A stretch of DNA of 64,000 nucleotides from Cyanidioschyzon merolae (taxonomy: Eukaryota). Location of the stretch: assembly GCA_000091205.1 (NCBI GenBank), contig AP006487.2. One strand, 5' to 3'. The notes beneath the pieces are model-generated. The model ran no database searches. It saw only the letters and a program-made list of their open reading frames with translations, and was not told where the DNA came from. This document shows, piece after piece, positions 31,413 through 42,037 of the stretch; position 1 is the stretch's first letter, and every line of letters starts with the position of its first letter. The position numbers and the translations under genes were made by a program.

Positions 31413-33626
31413 TTAGGAGGAGGCCTTGGTGTTTCGCAACACTTGGCGAGGCGCCCCGAAATATCGTTCTGTCCGCAATTCCGCTAACGCACGTGGAGCG
31501 AGAGGCTCCTGCTTCCACACTGTACCGCCGCCAGCAACTCGGACATGCACGGTGCAGGAGCCACTGCCCAGCAGTGCTACCCAGCCGAGACCAGGTATCA
31601 CGATATCGGCACAAGTTCGTTTCCAGGTACCGTGTTCCACACACATTCGCACAGGTTCTACGGTCGCGAGCGGCACACGCAAGCCACCAGGCCATAACAG
31701 GCCGTTCTTCACGGACTGTACGCGATACGTCTCGTTCAGTGCCTTGCTGGCGTCGCTTACATGAACGGTTACCTGCTCGCTGACGTAGGCTGTGAAGAAC
31801 CAGGGTTTCCCCTCAGCCAGGGCGATATTTACCAAACCGCCCAGCCATAAAGACTTGCCCTGTTCGAGACGATACGTGATACCGCGGAGGCGTCGTCTTG
31901 GCAGGATACCTTTCATCTCTGAGATATCTTCGAGACAGAGGAGGTTGACGCGGCGAGGCTCGACGATGCCAGGTGTATCCATGATCACGATGCGCTCGCC
32001 GGTTGCGGCATTCTTCAGGGGCAAACGAACCATGCCCAGTGTGGTACCAGGTACAACACTGGTGGTCAGCTCACGCGTCGGTTTTGAGCCGTGGCCAGGA
32101 TGCCCCCGTATGATGCGATTCAGTAGCGTGCTTTTCCCGACATTGGCGGCACCCATGATGTAAATGTGATCGGTGCGGGATTCTCGAGCAGCGGCCACGA
32201 GTCCCTGGACGAAACCCCGGATGCCGAGCCCTCTCTCTGCACTGATGAGGTAGACAGCACGCGGCCGCCGTCGCATCCCCGAAGCTGCACAACGTTTCCA
32301 AATCCATTGCATGATGTGGCCGAGTTTCACCGACGAGGGAAGCAGGTCTGCCTTATTGATAACAACCAGTACAGGGCTTTGGGCATTGGCCAGCTGAGAA
32401 ACCTCCTTCAGCATCGAACTGGACAGATCCAGAATGTCGAGCATGCAAACCACCACTGCGCGCTGTTTTGCCAACGGGGCGAGGATCTCCCGGAATTGCT
32501 CCGGGGACATGAGCGTCAGCCCTTTGGCACTGATTTTCGAATAGTGCGTCAGGTGGAAGCACCGTTGACAGACCTTCGACGTCAGCGGTTTCTCGGCGTT
32601 TTGCCCTTTCGGCCTCAGGGCCCGTGCGGGTAAGTAACCGGGGGCGTCCGGATCATCATCCTGGAGATGTGCACCGCATCCCGGGCAGGGCAACTGAAGC
32701 AGGGCTTGCGTTCCCGGAGTGCCAGCAGCATCGGGACCCTCAGCGGATGACGAATCATCGAGGTGCTCAAGATCTAGCTCCCAGATGCTTGCATCGCGCC
32801 CAACGTCGGTGTCGGTCTGCGTCGTGTCGCCGTCCTGCGAAGCGCTGGCGCTCCTGTTCTTGACGTATCTTTCCCAAAACGTATCCGCATCGCCGTATTC
32901 AGAGACGTCGAAAGCTCCGGATGCCGCCAAGCGGTCTAGTTCGGCGACCACTTCATCAGGATCGTACAACTGGTACGTTTTCGGCGGGCCCGGCTCCTGG
33001 GGCGGCCTCTCCTCTCGGCAAAACGCGTTTCGAATACTCTCCTCGAGGGGGTCTTCACGATCAAACTCCGCCTCAAGCGCTGCGCGGAACTCGTCTGACA
33101 TGCGACGCTGGAACTCTTCGGAGAAGAATTGCTGCTCGGATTCTTCCGGTGGCTGCGCGTCTTTTCCGGGCTTTGCAGAATTCGGAGGTTCGCTCGCGCA
33201 GCAGCGAAGCTGCCGGTACTGGAGATTGTTCACCGGTACTAGTACAGGATAACCGGGTCGCTGTCGAAACCCGACATTGGTCTTCCTGCGTTCAACGCGG
33301 AGTAGATGAGTGCTTTTTCGAAGCTCGAGTGCAGCGACACGCGACGCGCTTCGTTGGCAGAACTGAGTGCTCGCGTGCAACGCACCAAGCAGGCATCCAA
33401 AAGCACACCGACTGTCAACGTAGTGGCTGGCCCGCATGCTCAGGTCCTCCGGAGGCAGCGCACGCCTTGGGAGCGCTCGTAAAGTTCCGCGCACGAGCTG
33501 CAGCGAGCTCGCGCCTATGGATCTGTTCTGCTTGAGAGCAATGTGATGGATGATTTCGATGCTTGCCGTCACCAGTCGTGCTGCTGGCGTCCTGTGTACA
33601 AGAGGTGCGCGTAGGCGGCGTCCCAA
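31413..33626 (-). CDS. NOA1: Circularly permuted GTPase of the YqeH/NOA1 family (organellar ribosome-assembly GTPase) with N-terminal presequence
   Basis: 737-aa ORF. A Zn-ribbon (CPGCGAHLQ...CQRCFHLTHY) is followed by permuted G-motif order: G4 VLVVINKADLL, G5 ISAERG, G1 IMGAANVGKSTLLN, G2 PGTT, G3 DTPG. A C-terminal YqeH-type domain follows. Confidence 0.85.
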   Translation of the reverse strand: MGRRLRAPLVHRTPAARLVTASIEIIHHIALKQNRSIGASSLQLVRGTLRALPRRALPPEDLSMRASHYVDSRCAFGCLLGALHASTQFCQRSASRVAALELRKSTHLLRVERRKTNVGFRQRPGYPVLVPVNNLQYRQLRCCASEPPNSAKPGKDAQPPEESEQQFFSEEFQRRMSDEFRAALEAEFDREDPLEESIRNAFCREERPPQEPGPPKTYQLYDPDEVVAELDRLAASGAFDVSEYGDADTFWERYVKNRSASASQDGDTTQTDTDVGRDASIWELDLEHLDDSSSAEGPDAAGTPGTQALLQLPCPGCGAHLQDDDPDAPGYLPARALRPKGQNAEKPLTSKVCQRCFHLTHYSKISAKGLTLMSPEQFREILAPLAKQRAVVVCMLDILDLSSSMLKEVSQLANAQSPVLVVINKADLLPSSVKLGHIMQWIWKRCAASGMRRRPRAVYLISAERGLGIRGFVQGLVAAARESRTDHIYIMGAANVGKSTLLNRIIRGHPGHGSKPTRELTTSVVPGTTLGMVRLPLKNAATGERIVIMDTPGIVEPRRVNLLCLEDISEMKGILPRRRLRGITYRLEQGKSLWLGGLVNIALAEGKPWFFTAYVSEQVTVHVSDASKALNETYRVQSVKNGLLWPGGLRVPLATVEPVRMCVEHGTWKRTCADIVIPGLGWVALLGSGSCTVHVRVAGGGTVWKQEPLAPRALAELRTERYFGAPRQVLRNTKASS

Positions 33627-34849
33627 AAGTGCTATTTTTATGGTCCGGTTCCCCCGAGTTCTCTTGGTGCGCCACGTCGATCAGGGCAAGCCTCAAGGGT
33701 TTCGTACACCGAATTTGGAAATCTCTATAATAATGCGGTGCACGTGAGCCCGCGTTCACCACAAACCTGTGCCCTGTGTCGTCAAAAGTTTCGCAGCCGG
33801 GCAGCTGGTCGTACTCGGTCTCTGTTCTGTTGCGTCCGTGTAAAGAGAACAAGTGGAACGCGTTCACCACGGTAGCCGTACACCGTGGCGAAAACCTATG
33901 GTGTCAAGTCGATCCAGACTCTCCTTAATCGCGCCGTCACTGCTCCACAGTGAGGAATCAGCCGTTCGCACGAACTTGATGTAGTTTCGGAGACCGCAAC
34001 AATGTTGTGTTCGAAGTGGACGCCTCGTCTGGCTGCCAACGAACAAGGTTCTATTTTGTCCGTATATGATCCGAATTTCTGGAAGTGCGTCGCACAGCGG
34101 TGCTGCAGACCAGCCTGCAGCAAAAGCGTTAGCGAAGCAGCGCCCTGGACCCTGTCCACTTGTGCACCTGATTCATGGATGGTGTACGAACGCAGGACCT
34201 CTCGATGAACAGACAGCAGCTGTGATGTGGATCGCATTCTGCGACATGACTGAACGTATCGGTAGCTCTAAACACGGTCAGCATCGTGGTCGTTTCCCTG
34301 TGTACAACTAAAAGTTACGCATCTGGGAGAATCCGTGTAAATTTATCGATTGCACAGTATTAGAATCTGAAAGAGCGTTCATGATATGATACGTTGGATA
34401 GCGTCTCTCCACAACAAATACACATAACCTTCTTGATGGGTGTGCGGAACTTTGCCTATTCGATGCTCATGTCCCTGTGAAGTAAAGCTCGTCTACGCTA
34501 CGCGTCCTGATTGACGACGCCTCTTCCAGGATCAAGGCCGGCACTGCATCGAACGCGCTTTTGCCATCGTGTGTTGCACAGCGTTTGTGCAGTTCACTGG
34601 CGTTTTGTTCTCTGCCCAAATGCCAATCGTGGGCTATACGAAGCAGCAACCGCGAGGAGCGGGAGCCTTCAGTTGGTTGCACCAGATATCTGGACGCCGG
34701 GAATGAACTCGTTGGAACTCGCCAGGCGCCATCATCGGGGCTCGCTGTGCTGCAACGTGCATGTTTAGCACGCCTCTGCGCTCGCCGCGGATCATCGATA
34801 CATCGTTTGGCGCTCCCCGAGTCGACGCCTGCAGGGTCACCGCAAAGCT

Positions 34850-35632
34850 GCCTCCCTGGACAGAGGAATTCGTTAAACGCGACGTTTTCCATGACCAATC
34901 GACTTGCGAAAAGCAAATCCAGGCTGGAGATCAAGTCGAGAGATTTCGATCGGTCTACACTCGCTTCACGACAAGAGGGTGACGCATGTGGCACTAGAAG
35001 TGATCGCTGCCACGACTGCATTCTCCCTTCTATACCGTTCTGCATGCAAACACAACTGACGTGAACCTCTTGGAATGTGTCTCGTGGCATGTCACATGTT
35101 CGCGTCAAACGCTTTTTGTGCATGGAGACACAGCTATGGGTCTATAGATTCGGAACGGAATCGCTTATCTGACGTGACTGGTTTAGTGAGCCAATCGGCA
35201 TGAGCTTCTGAAAAGGACGCCTATGGGCGACAACACGCTACATCCATCGCCAAAACAGTGACGCACATTGCTACGTCTACAAGTTGGCTTGAAGCCGAAT
35301 CATCGAAAAATTGAAGCTTGCATCATTTCATCACGCTACACGTACGGAGACGAGAAAACGGGAAGCTTGCACGTCCGCATCGCACCATGCTATCGGTTAT
35401 TTCACGAAGCCGAGGTCGATGGCTTTGCGGATCATCTTGATTCCGACGCAATACCGCATTCCAGTGGCATATACTCGAATACATCTCGCCAGGAAGACGA
35501 CCGAGAACCCGTAAACCCACCGACAGATCCATTCCTCTCGATGGAGACACCTCGAATATCGCACCTCGATATCCAGAAAACCCGTTCGGGAGAAAACGGT
35601 ACACAGGAACATAGCCAGCAGTTCAGTGCTCT
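34850..35632 (+). repeat. Dispersed repeat family 1, copy B (about 783 bp)
   Basis: See copy A; same orientation. Lies in the divergent intergenic region between the NOA1-like gene and the PHD-ELM2-SANT gene. Confidence 0.8.
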
Positions 35633-35988
35633 CTTCTGTTCTCTGGTACCGTCGATCGCCGCTGGTGCCGTGGCGCTGCGACAGGCCCCGATCGCGCTAC
35701 TCAGCGCTAATGCAGCACCATTATCAACATACTTTCTGTTGCAACTTGTGTTGGCTATTCTAGCCAAAGACGGGGTGGACGGCTGTTTCAGGCAAAGTAC
35801 TAGGAACCTGCAAATCTGTTACAGTTTTCGAGACTAGTTTTGAATAGAATACTTGGGCAATAGCGCGTGGCTTTTCGTTGCGCGATCCTGGGAGCTGTTT
35901 GTCAAGCGAACACGAGCGGGGTGGCCCCATAGCGACGACTCTAGACACAGCGTGTGGTACGAGCAGTGTTGGCCAGGAGCGATAAATC

Positions 35989-38424
35989 ATGCCTCGCAAG
36001 CGTTCGCGTCTCGATAAGGCTTCTTCTGATATGGGTGCTGGCAAACCCAAGGTCTACACTGGCGCAGAGCGCGTGCCGGCGAAACGAGGTGCGGTAAGCG
36101 TTGCGCCGACTCGCCGGAATCAGGCCGGAGAGGCGCACCCCCGAGACGCACAAGGCACGAAGCGGAGCAAGCGTCTCATAACGTCAACACGAGCTTCTAA
36201 CCTTGAGGACGACATTGAGGATGACTTTGTGTGCTCCGTTTGTGGTTCTGGGCACGACGAGGACCTCCTTTTGCTTTGCGATGGCTGTAACGGGGCTCGA
36301 CACACGTACTGCTGCTCGCCCCCGTTACTCCAGGTCCCTGAGGGAGACTTTATCTGTCCGGATTGTAATTCGGATCAGCAGTGGAACGCGGCGCCCAGCG
36401 CACTGGCGCCTTGTGAGCGCTCAGACAAGCATGCACGAATGCGTTCAAACGCGTCAGAGACTAGGGCACCGGCAATCGCTGCAGCTGCTGCTGGACAAGG
36501 CTTTTCATATAACAAACAATTCACTGGCGACAGCGATGCTGGAGAGCGTGTTCCCCAGAGGCCCGCGGTTTCCTCCATGATGATCTCTGGAGACTCAAGG
36601 CGTTCGCCTAGTCCGCATATGAGACTGGCCAGTGCGGAGCTTTCGCAAGCTGAGCCTATGCCTGGAGCGCATTTGCGCGAAGCGGATGCCGCTGTGGAGG
36701 CCATTTCTCTGGGTACCGCCAGTGACAGCAGGCTGACACTTGCAGAGATCGGTGCACCGCCGGCGTCCTTCCCGTCTCCGCACAGGCGCGCACCTGCGGA
36801 TACGCTCCGCGAATGCGTCGAGAAGAGCTCTGATAGCGAGTCGGCAGCATCGCAACTCGTCGCAATACAAAGCGCACCCACAGAATCTGAAGGCAAGCTG
36901 CGTCACGATTCATTTGCGAGCGCCCAAGTCGTACGGCAGACGACCGTTGTGTCGGCGGAGGGTGCGAGCCCGTCGACAGGGGGCTGCGAGGGATTCCCTG
37001 GTCATGCGTTGCCCGCGCAGAGCGAATCCACGGGTCTGACCCAGACCCCAGTGCACGCTGATCTGCATTCCACTGCATCCTCGAATGCGTCTGAACTGGA
37101 GACCGGCGCAATCGAAGCCGAACACATCGCTCCGTGCGGTAGCGCTTTGGGAGCAACTGCACGAGCAGGGGGCCAGGTGCCTGCCGCGACTGGCCCTGCT
37201 GCCGAACTCGTCTTGCAAGCGCCATCAACGCTGTCGAAACGGCCATCTATGCAGATGCCGTTGGCGCATCCAGGGAGCATGGTGGCAGTCGGCGATGCCC
37301 CGGAGCACCAGACATATGAGCGACATGCGGTAGACCTCGACTCTGTGGCAACCGAAACGCTTTTGAAAGACACGGGAGCTTTGGTATGCGTGGAAAACTC
37401 GTCCATATCATCGAATAGCGCTGTCCAGCTTGACAGCTCAGTTGACGCGACGCAAGTTTCCTCCAAGCCGGATTCGGCGGCCATTTCTGTGGAGGGCGTG
37501 CGACTGCGCGATTCCCTTGGGCGAGAGTCGGACGGCGCTGCCGCGTCACTGGGCCAAGCATCAGACGCAGCATCTCAACCAGAAACTGCGTCTCGGCTAG
37601 TTCGCAGCGTGCCAAGTAGTGCGGCCGGTCGTCCGGCTCGCCGCATCATGCCCCGGGTTGGTGAAGCCTTTCAGGTCCCCGAAGCCGCAATACCTGCCGA
37701 CTTTCCAGATGGCGAGCAACGCGGATACGCAACCGACAGCGAGCGTATAGCGAGTCTCGAGGCGTTGCGAAAACAGATTCAGCGGCATATTGAAACGTAC
37801 CTGGAGAAACCTGGCTCGGTATACTGGTATGCGGGAAAGATACCCGAGGCGCAGCTGCGTACCTACCTAGAAAAATGCAGCGCATTTATTGAAAAGCGCT
37901 GGGGTCTACCGGCGACCGCTGAACAGGAATTTGTGCTCCACTGCATTCTACACGAGAACAACTATGATGTGGACGCTGCCTATGTCGTGGTCACTGAGAC
38001 CGAGCGTTTGGCTCCACAGGCGGTGGATCCCACTTGCTGGACCAGTGAGGATCGTTCTTTATTTGCGCGAGGGATTTTCGAGTACGGCAAGCAGTTTTCC
38101 CTCATCCAGCGTTATTTGCTCCCGCATCGTCGCGTACAGGATCTAGTGCGCTATTATTTCCGAAAATACAAGCAACTGGTGGAGCAGCAAATGAATAGTG
38201 CTCAGATGGAGTTTGGCTATCTCTATGACACTGGCGAGGAGCCGGTACCACATGCTCGGCCCTTTCCCAGCTGCGTCTTTGTTAACATGTTGCGAATGCA
38301 GGCGCGGACGGCAGGCGATGGATTTCCCTTTCCCGGATGGTTTCGCCAGCACCTGGTGGCGGTTCGCGAAATACGTCGCCTGCGCACCGTGGAGGCCCTA
38401 GGCCGCAGCTTTACTGCCCGCTGA
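35989..38424 (+). CDS. PHD-finger / ELM2 / SANT domain chromatin protein (MTA/MIER/CoREST-like architecture)
   Basis: 811-aa ORF. PHD C4HC3 finger (CSVCGSGHDEDLLLLCDGCNGARHTYCCSPPLLQVPEGDFICPDC). A long S/A-rich linker follows. An ELM2-like block (EFVLHCILHENNYDVDAAYVVV) is immediately followed by a SANT repeat (WTSEDRSLFARGIFEYGKQFSLIQRYLLPHRRVQDLVRYYF). Confidence 0.7.
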   Translation: MPRKRSRLDKASSDMGAGKPKVYTGAERVPAKRGAVSVAPTRRNQAGEAHPRDAQGTKRSKRLITSTRASNLEDDIEDDFVCSVCGSGHDEDLLLLCDGCNGARHTYCCSPPLLQVPEGDFICPDCNSDQQWNAAPSALAPCERSDKHARMRSNASETRAPAIAAAAAGQGFSYNKQFTGDSDAGERVPQRPAVSSMMISGDSRRSPSPHMRLASAELSQAEPMPGAHLREADAAVEAISLGTASDSRLTLAEIGAPPASFPSPHRRAPADTLRECVEKSSDSESAASQLVAIQSAPTESEGKLRHDSFASAQVVRQTTVVSAEGASPSTGGCEGFPGHALPAQSESTGLTQTPVHADLHSTASSNASELETGAIEAEHIAPCGSALGATARAGGQVPAATGPAAELVLQAPSTLSKRPSMQMPLAHPGSMVAVGDAPEHQTYERHAVDLDSVATETLLKDTGALVCVENSSISSNSAVQLDSSVDATQVSSKPDSAAISVEGVRLRDSLGRESDGAAASLGQASDAASQPETASRLVRSVPSSAAGRPARRIMPRVGEAFQVPEAAIPADFPDGEQRGYATDSERIASLEALRKQIQRHIETYLEKPGSVYWYAGKIPEAQLRTYLEKCSAFIEKRWGLPATAEQEFVLHCILHENNYDVDAAYVVVTETERLAPQAVDPTCWTSEDRSLFARGIFEYGKQFSLIQRYLLPHRRVQDLVRYYFRKYKQLVEQQMNSAQMEFGYLYDTGEEPVPHARPFPSCVFVNMLRMQARTAGDGFPFPGWFRQHLVAVREIRRLRTVEALGRSFTAR

Positions 38425-39134
38425 AGCACGCGATTCATCAACGCTTGCCGGATGAAAGCCAACGATGGCCTCCTGCTCCGTCATGCACACCATTCGTGCT
38501 GTTTGCTGTGGCAGTCGAGGGTTCTCTGTATCCCTGTACACAAGAAACGTGGCGCACGGTATGCCATGGTAGTGGATGCCCGTCCAGCAGCCGATCCCCG
38601 AGGGTGGTTCGCAGCGGCTGTGCACCCGTCCTGATCGAAGGGCGCTGCGATGCGCATGGACTCTGGGAGATTCATCCCAAAATAAACATATTTGAATCAT
38701 GCGTGTCTCGCCTCGCTACATGCACGGCGAGGCGCGCGCGCATGCCGCTTCGGCGTGCATCGACGATGCAGGATGCCTACGTCGCATTCGAAGCTTCCAG
38801 ATGCATGAGCGTTCCCGGGGACCAAGGCAAAGATTCTGTTGCTTTCGTAGACATTTCTGCATTCGCTGAACTTTATCGCAGTGTTCCTGAATGGAATGGA
38901 GGCCTGCTCGATTCGACCAGTATATGAATGCGAAGCGTCACGCGATGTCGTGCTGGTCGATGAGGATGTATAGCGCACCGCCGCCTTGCGGCAGGCGCAT
39001 TCGCCCCTGCTCAGTTTGGAGCTGATTCAGGGCAACGCTGCTATGGGCGACACGTACGCAGGATCTGAGCATTTGGTGCTTTGATTTACTTCGAGAATAA
39101 GGGCACATTCGAGTTGGAGAAAGAGGCTGGTTCG

Positions 39135-39153
39135 CGCTGTCGCACCACCACCA

Positions 39154-39185
<32 letters not shown>

Positions 39186-39205
39186 ATCGCCAGCAGCAGC
39201 AGCGT
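39135..39205. repeat. (ACC/GCC)n then (CAG)n trinucleotide tract, intergenic
   Basis: caccaccaccaccaccgccaccgccaccgccaccgccaccatcgccagcagcagcagc, read directly. Confidence 0.85.
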
Positions 39206-39991
39206 GCATTCTGTGCTCAGGAAGCGTGCGTTGACGCACAAGCCACGGCACAGCGCGGGAACATCGAATAAAGCTCCGAGAAGCTCTTCATCCAGGGGAT
39301 GGGCAGCAGGCCCATGCGATACCGCACCTGTGCGCGCTTCAACGTGTTTGGCCTGCGGCAGCGCTGGTTCACCGAAGCGACCCTGGCGCGTATACTGTCA
39401 ACCGAGGATGTTGCTGGTGCGGCGGCTGGCGCCTTCTGCACCCACTGGTACCAATGCTGCGCGGATTCCGCCGCCTGCAGAAGCGCTTCGCCTCATATCG
39501 AGGTCTTTGATGTAGGTAGCGAATCCTGGAATGGTGGCACACTCTGCAGCGCTCGCGTCCCAGCGGGATTTTGGATATCACATCAGCTCTCGTCGATACC
39601 GTGCACCGGGTACTTGGACTTACCCAATGCCAGCGGATACCTGACGAGATCGTGAAGGCACCAGCGCTTCCTAATACGGGCATAAATACCGTCCCAGAGA
39701 AGGGCGCTATGTAGACGCGTCATCCTTCTGAATGATCAGGAACCCGTTCCAGCGTTCGGTAGTCGGGTACCAGTCCTGAGCATGACGGTGCGCCTGCAGT
39801 CACGTGGCGACATGTTGGCCAGCATCACCGGCAGCGATACGTCGCGTAAAACGCACCACTTGTCCATATCGCCACACTTGAGCCACTGTAATCGAGAGAG
39901 GGTGCGTCGGCTGTCGTTCCTGGCGGCTCGTCTCTCGAGCTGGGCCTGGACTCGAGACCTGTTTCCGATGCTCGTTGATAGTCGTGCGACC

Positions 39992-40819
39992 ATGGAGCCG
40001 AGTACGCGAGCACAGCCCTGTGTGTCGTCTTTGGAGTCGCTGTCAGCGCTGCGGGTTTTGCTCGTGGGCGCCGGCGGCATCGGTTGCGAGCTCGCCCACG
40101 GTCTCGTCCAGCTCGGGGTGGGCTGTCTTCATCTCGTTGATCTGGACCGGGTGGATGCCTCGAACCTGAACCGGCAGTTTTTGTTCCGGCGTTCGGACAT
40201 TGGTCGGCTCAAAAGCGAGGCGGTGGTGGCGAACCTCGGCCGGACGCTGCCCGGCCAGGGACTCGAGTTGGTCGCTCACGCAGGTGATGTTCGGGACACA
40301 ACAAAGTTTTCATGGAACTTTTTTCGCTCTTTTGATGTTGTGCTGAATGCGCTGGACAACCTGGAGGCTCGCCAACACGTGAACAAGATGTGCATAGCCA
40401 CCCGGAGGCTCCTGATCGACACTGGCAGTGCTGGTTACCTGGGTCAGGTCGTGCCCATCCTGCCGGGGGTCAGTGAGTGCTACCAGTGCACACCCAAGTC
40501 GGGAACGCGTCAGTTTGCGGTTTGCACGATCCGCTCCAATCCCGAAAAACCAGCGCATTGTGTTGCCTGGGCAAAACATCTCTTCAACCATCTTTTTGCA
40601 CCAGAGTCAGCGGCTGAGTCCATGCTCAGCGACTTGGACTGTCGATGGGACGGTCAGGAGACACCTGCGGCGTATACTGTTCGGTTATTGAGGTTCTTAT
40701 TCGTGGAAGAGGTGACACGACAAGCCGCGATACGGCAGGAGGCGGGTGAACAACGACGACCTCGACCATTGGAGGGCGCGCTGCTCGACGACCTCGAGAC
40801 GCTGACTCAACAGCAACAG

Positions 40820-40850
<31 letters not shown>

Positions 40851-42037
40851 GCCTAGAGGCACTAGATGAGCGATTTGCGCAGCAGACCAGTGCCTGGGAT
40901 GTCTCTACGTGTTTAGCGGTTCTCAATGAGGTGGTTCCGCGACTATGTAGCTGCTCGAAACCTCGCACCTTTGATAAGGATGATGCTGAGGCGTTGGCGT
41001 TCGTCACAGCCATGAGCAACTTACGCGCACACTGCTATCGGGTAGAGCCGCTGCAGAGCCCTTTCGAAGTCAAAGGTATTGCCGGTGGAATCGTACACGC
41101 GATCGCTGCCACGAATGCTATGGTGGCTGGGCTAGCACTCACGGAGCTCTGCAAATGGCACCAACTGGTGCAGCGGACAGATAACGCCACTGACTTGAAA
41201 CGCGCGCGAAGTGTACTCCGCTGCGTCTTTGTGCTGCGAACACCAACCCCATCCCGAAGTCGCTCTGAATCCGTGCTGCTGCTGCCAGAAGCGCTCGCAG
41301 CGCCCAACAAAGATTGTTCCATATGCTCCCGCGGCAAATTAGCCATCGCGTTGACCAGCGCCCTAACGCAGGTTACGCTCGGGCAATTCATACGCGAGTG
41401 CTTGCACGGTCAGCTTGGTATCGGTACAGAAGCCGCGCTTCTGATTGGCCTCTGTACACGAGACGCGCGCGGTGAACCCTGCGTTGCGCTTTTGTATGAG
41501 GACCCGGACCCTGCGGATGCGATCACCGCACTGGCGAACGGCGACTCGCCTAAAGATATCGGCAACAACAACGACGATGACGATGATGATGAAGACGAGC
41601 GATGCTTATGGCGTGCAAACTGCGAGAGATCTCTGGCGTCGCTTGGAGTCGAAGCATCGGCGGAGCTGCAGATCGATGCCGTCCAAAGAAAAGAAGAACA
41701 TGGGACGCAGTTTCAGCGACTGCGTTTCGATGTGTATCTGGTGCCCGGCACTGAGAACACTGCTGCGACAGAAACAAACTGGCGCATCCTCGAAGGCAGC
41801 AGCATCGGTGAGTGGGAAACCCTTCCTCTGCCGTCGTCAAATGATCCGGATAATGAGCGCGATGAGAATAAGAGCAGCAGACCGGACTCGGAAGTTGACC
41901 TCATCGAAATCGACGCAACTGACTCGGAAACAATGGCTCCCGCTGAGGATGCTGCCGAAGCCTCCATTCCGCGAAAGCGGTATCGAGCGTCGACCGAATC
42001 CCCCGACGCGGATACCGTGCTGCTCATTGACCCGTGA
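39992..42037 (+). CDS. UBA2: SUMO-activating enzyme subunit 2 (UBA2/SAE2), with polyQ and acidic insertions
   Basis: LRVLLVGAGGIGCELAHGLV...LVDLDRVDASNLNRQFLFRRSDIGRLKSEAV...NALDNLEARQHVNKMCIATRRLLIDTGSAGYLGQVVPILPGVSECYQC.PK...R.FAVCTIRSNPEKPAHCVAWAKHLFNHLF is colinear with human UBA2. The catalytic Cys context (CTIRS.P) is conserved. The ORF is open in frame back to 39782. The start at MEPSTRAQ (39992) is chosen because it aligns with UBA2 N-termini. Confidence 0.85.

Noticed and set aside
32719-33535. Plus-strand ORFs (177 and 204 aa) opposite the NOA1-like gene
   Set aside because: Antisense artefacts; no motifs.
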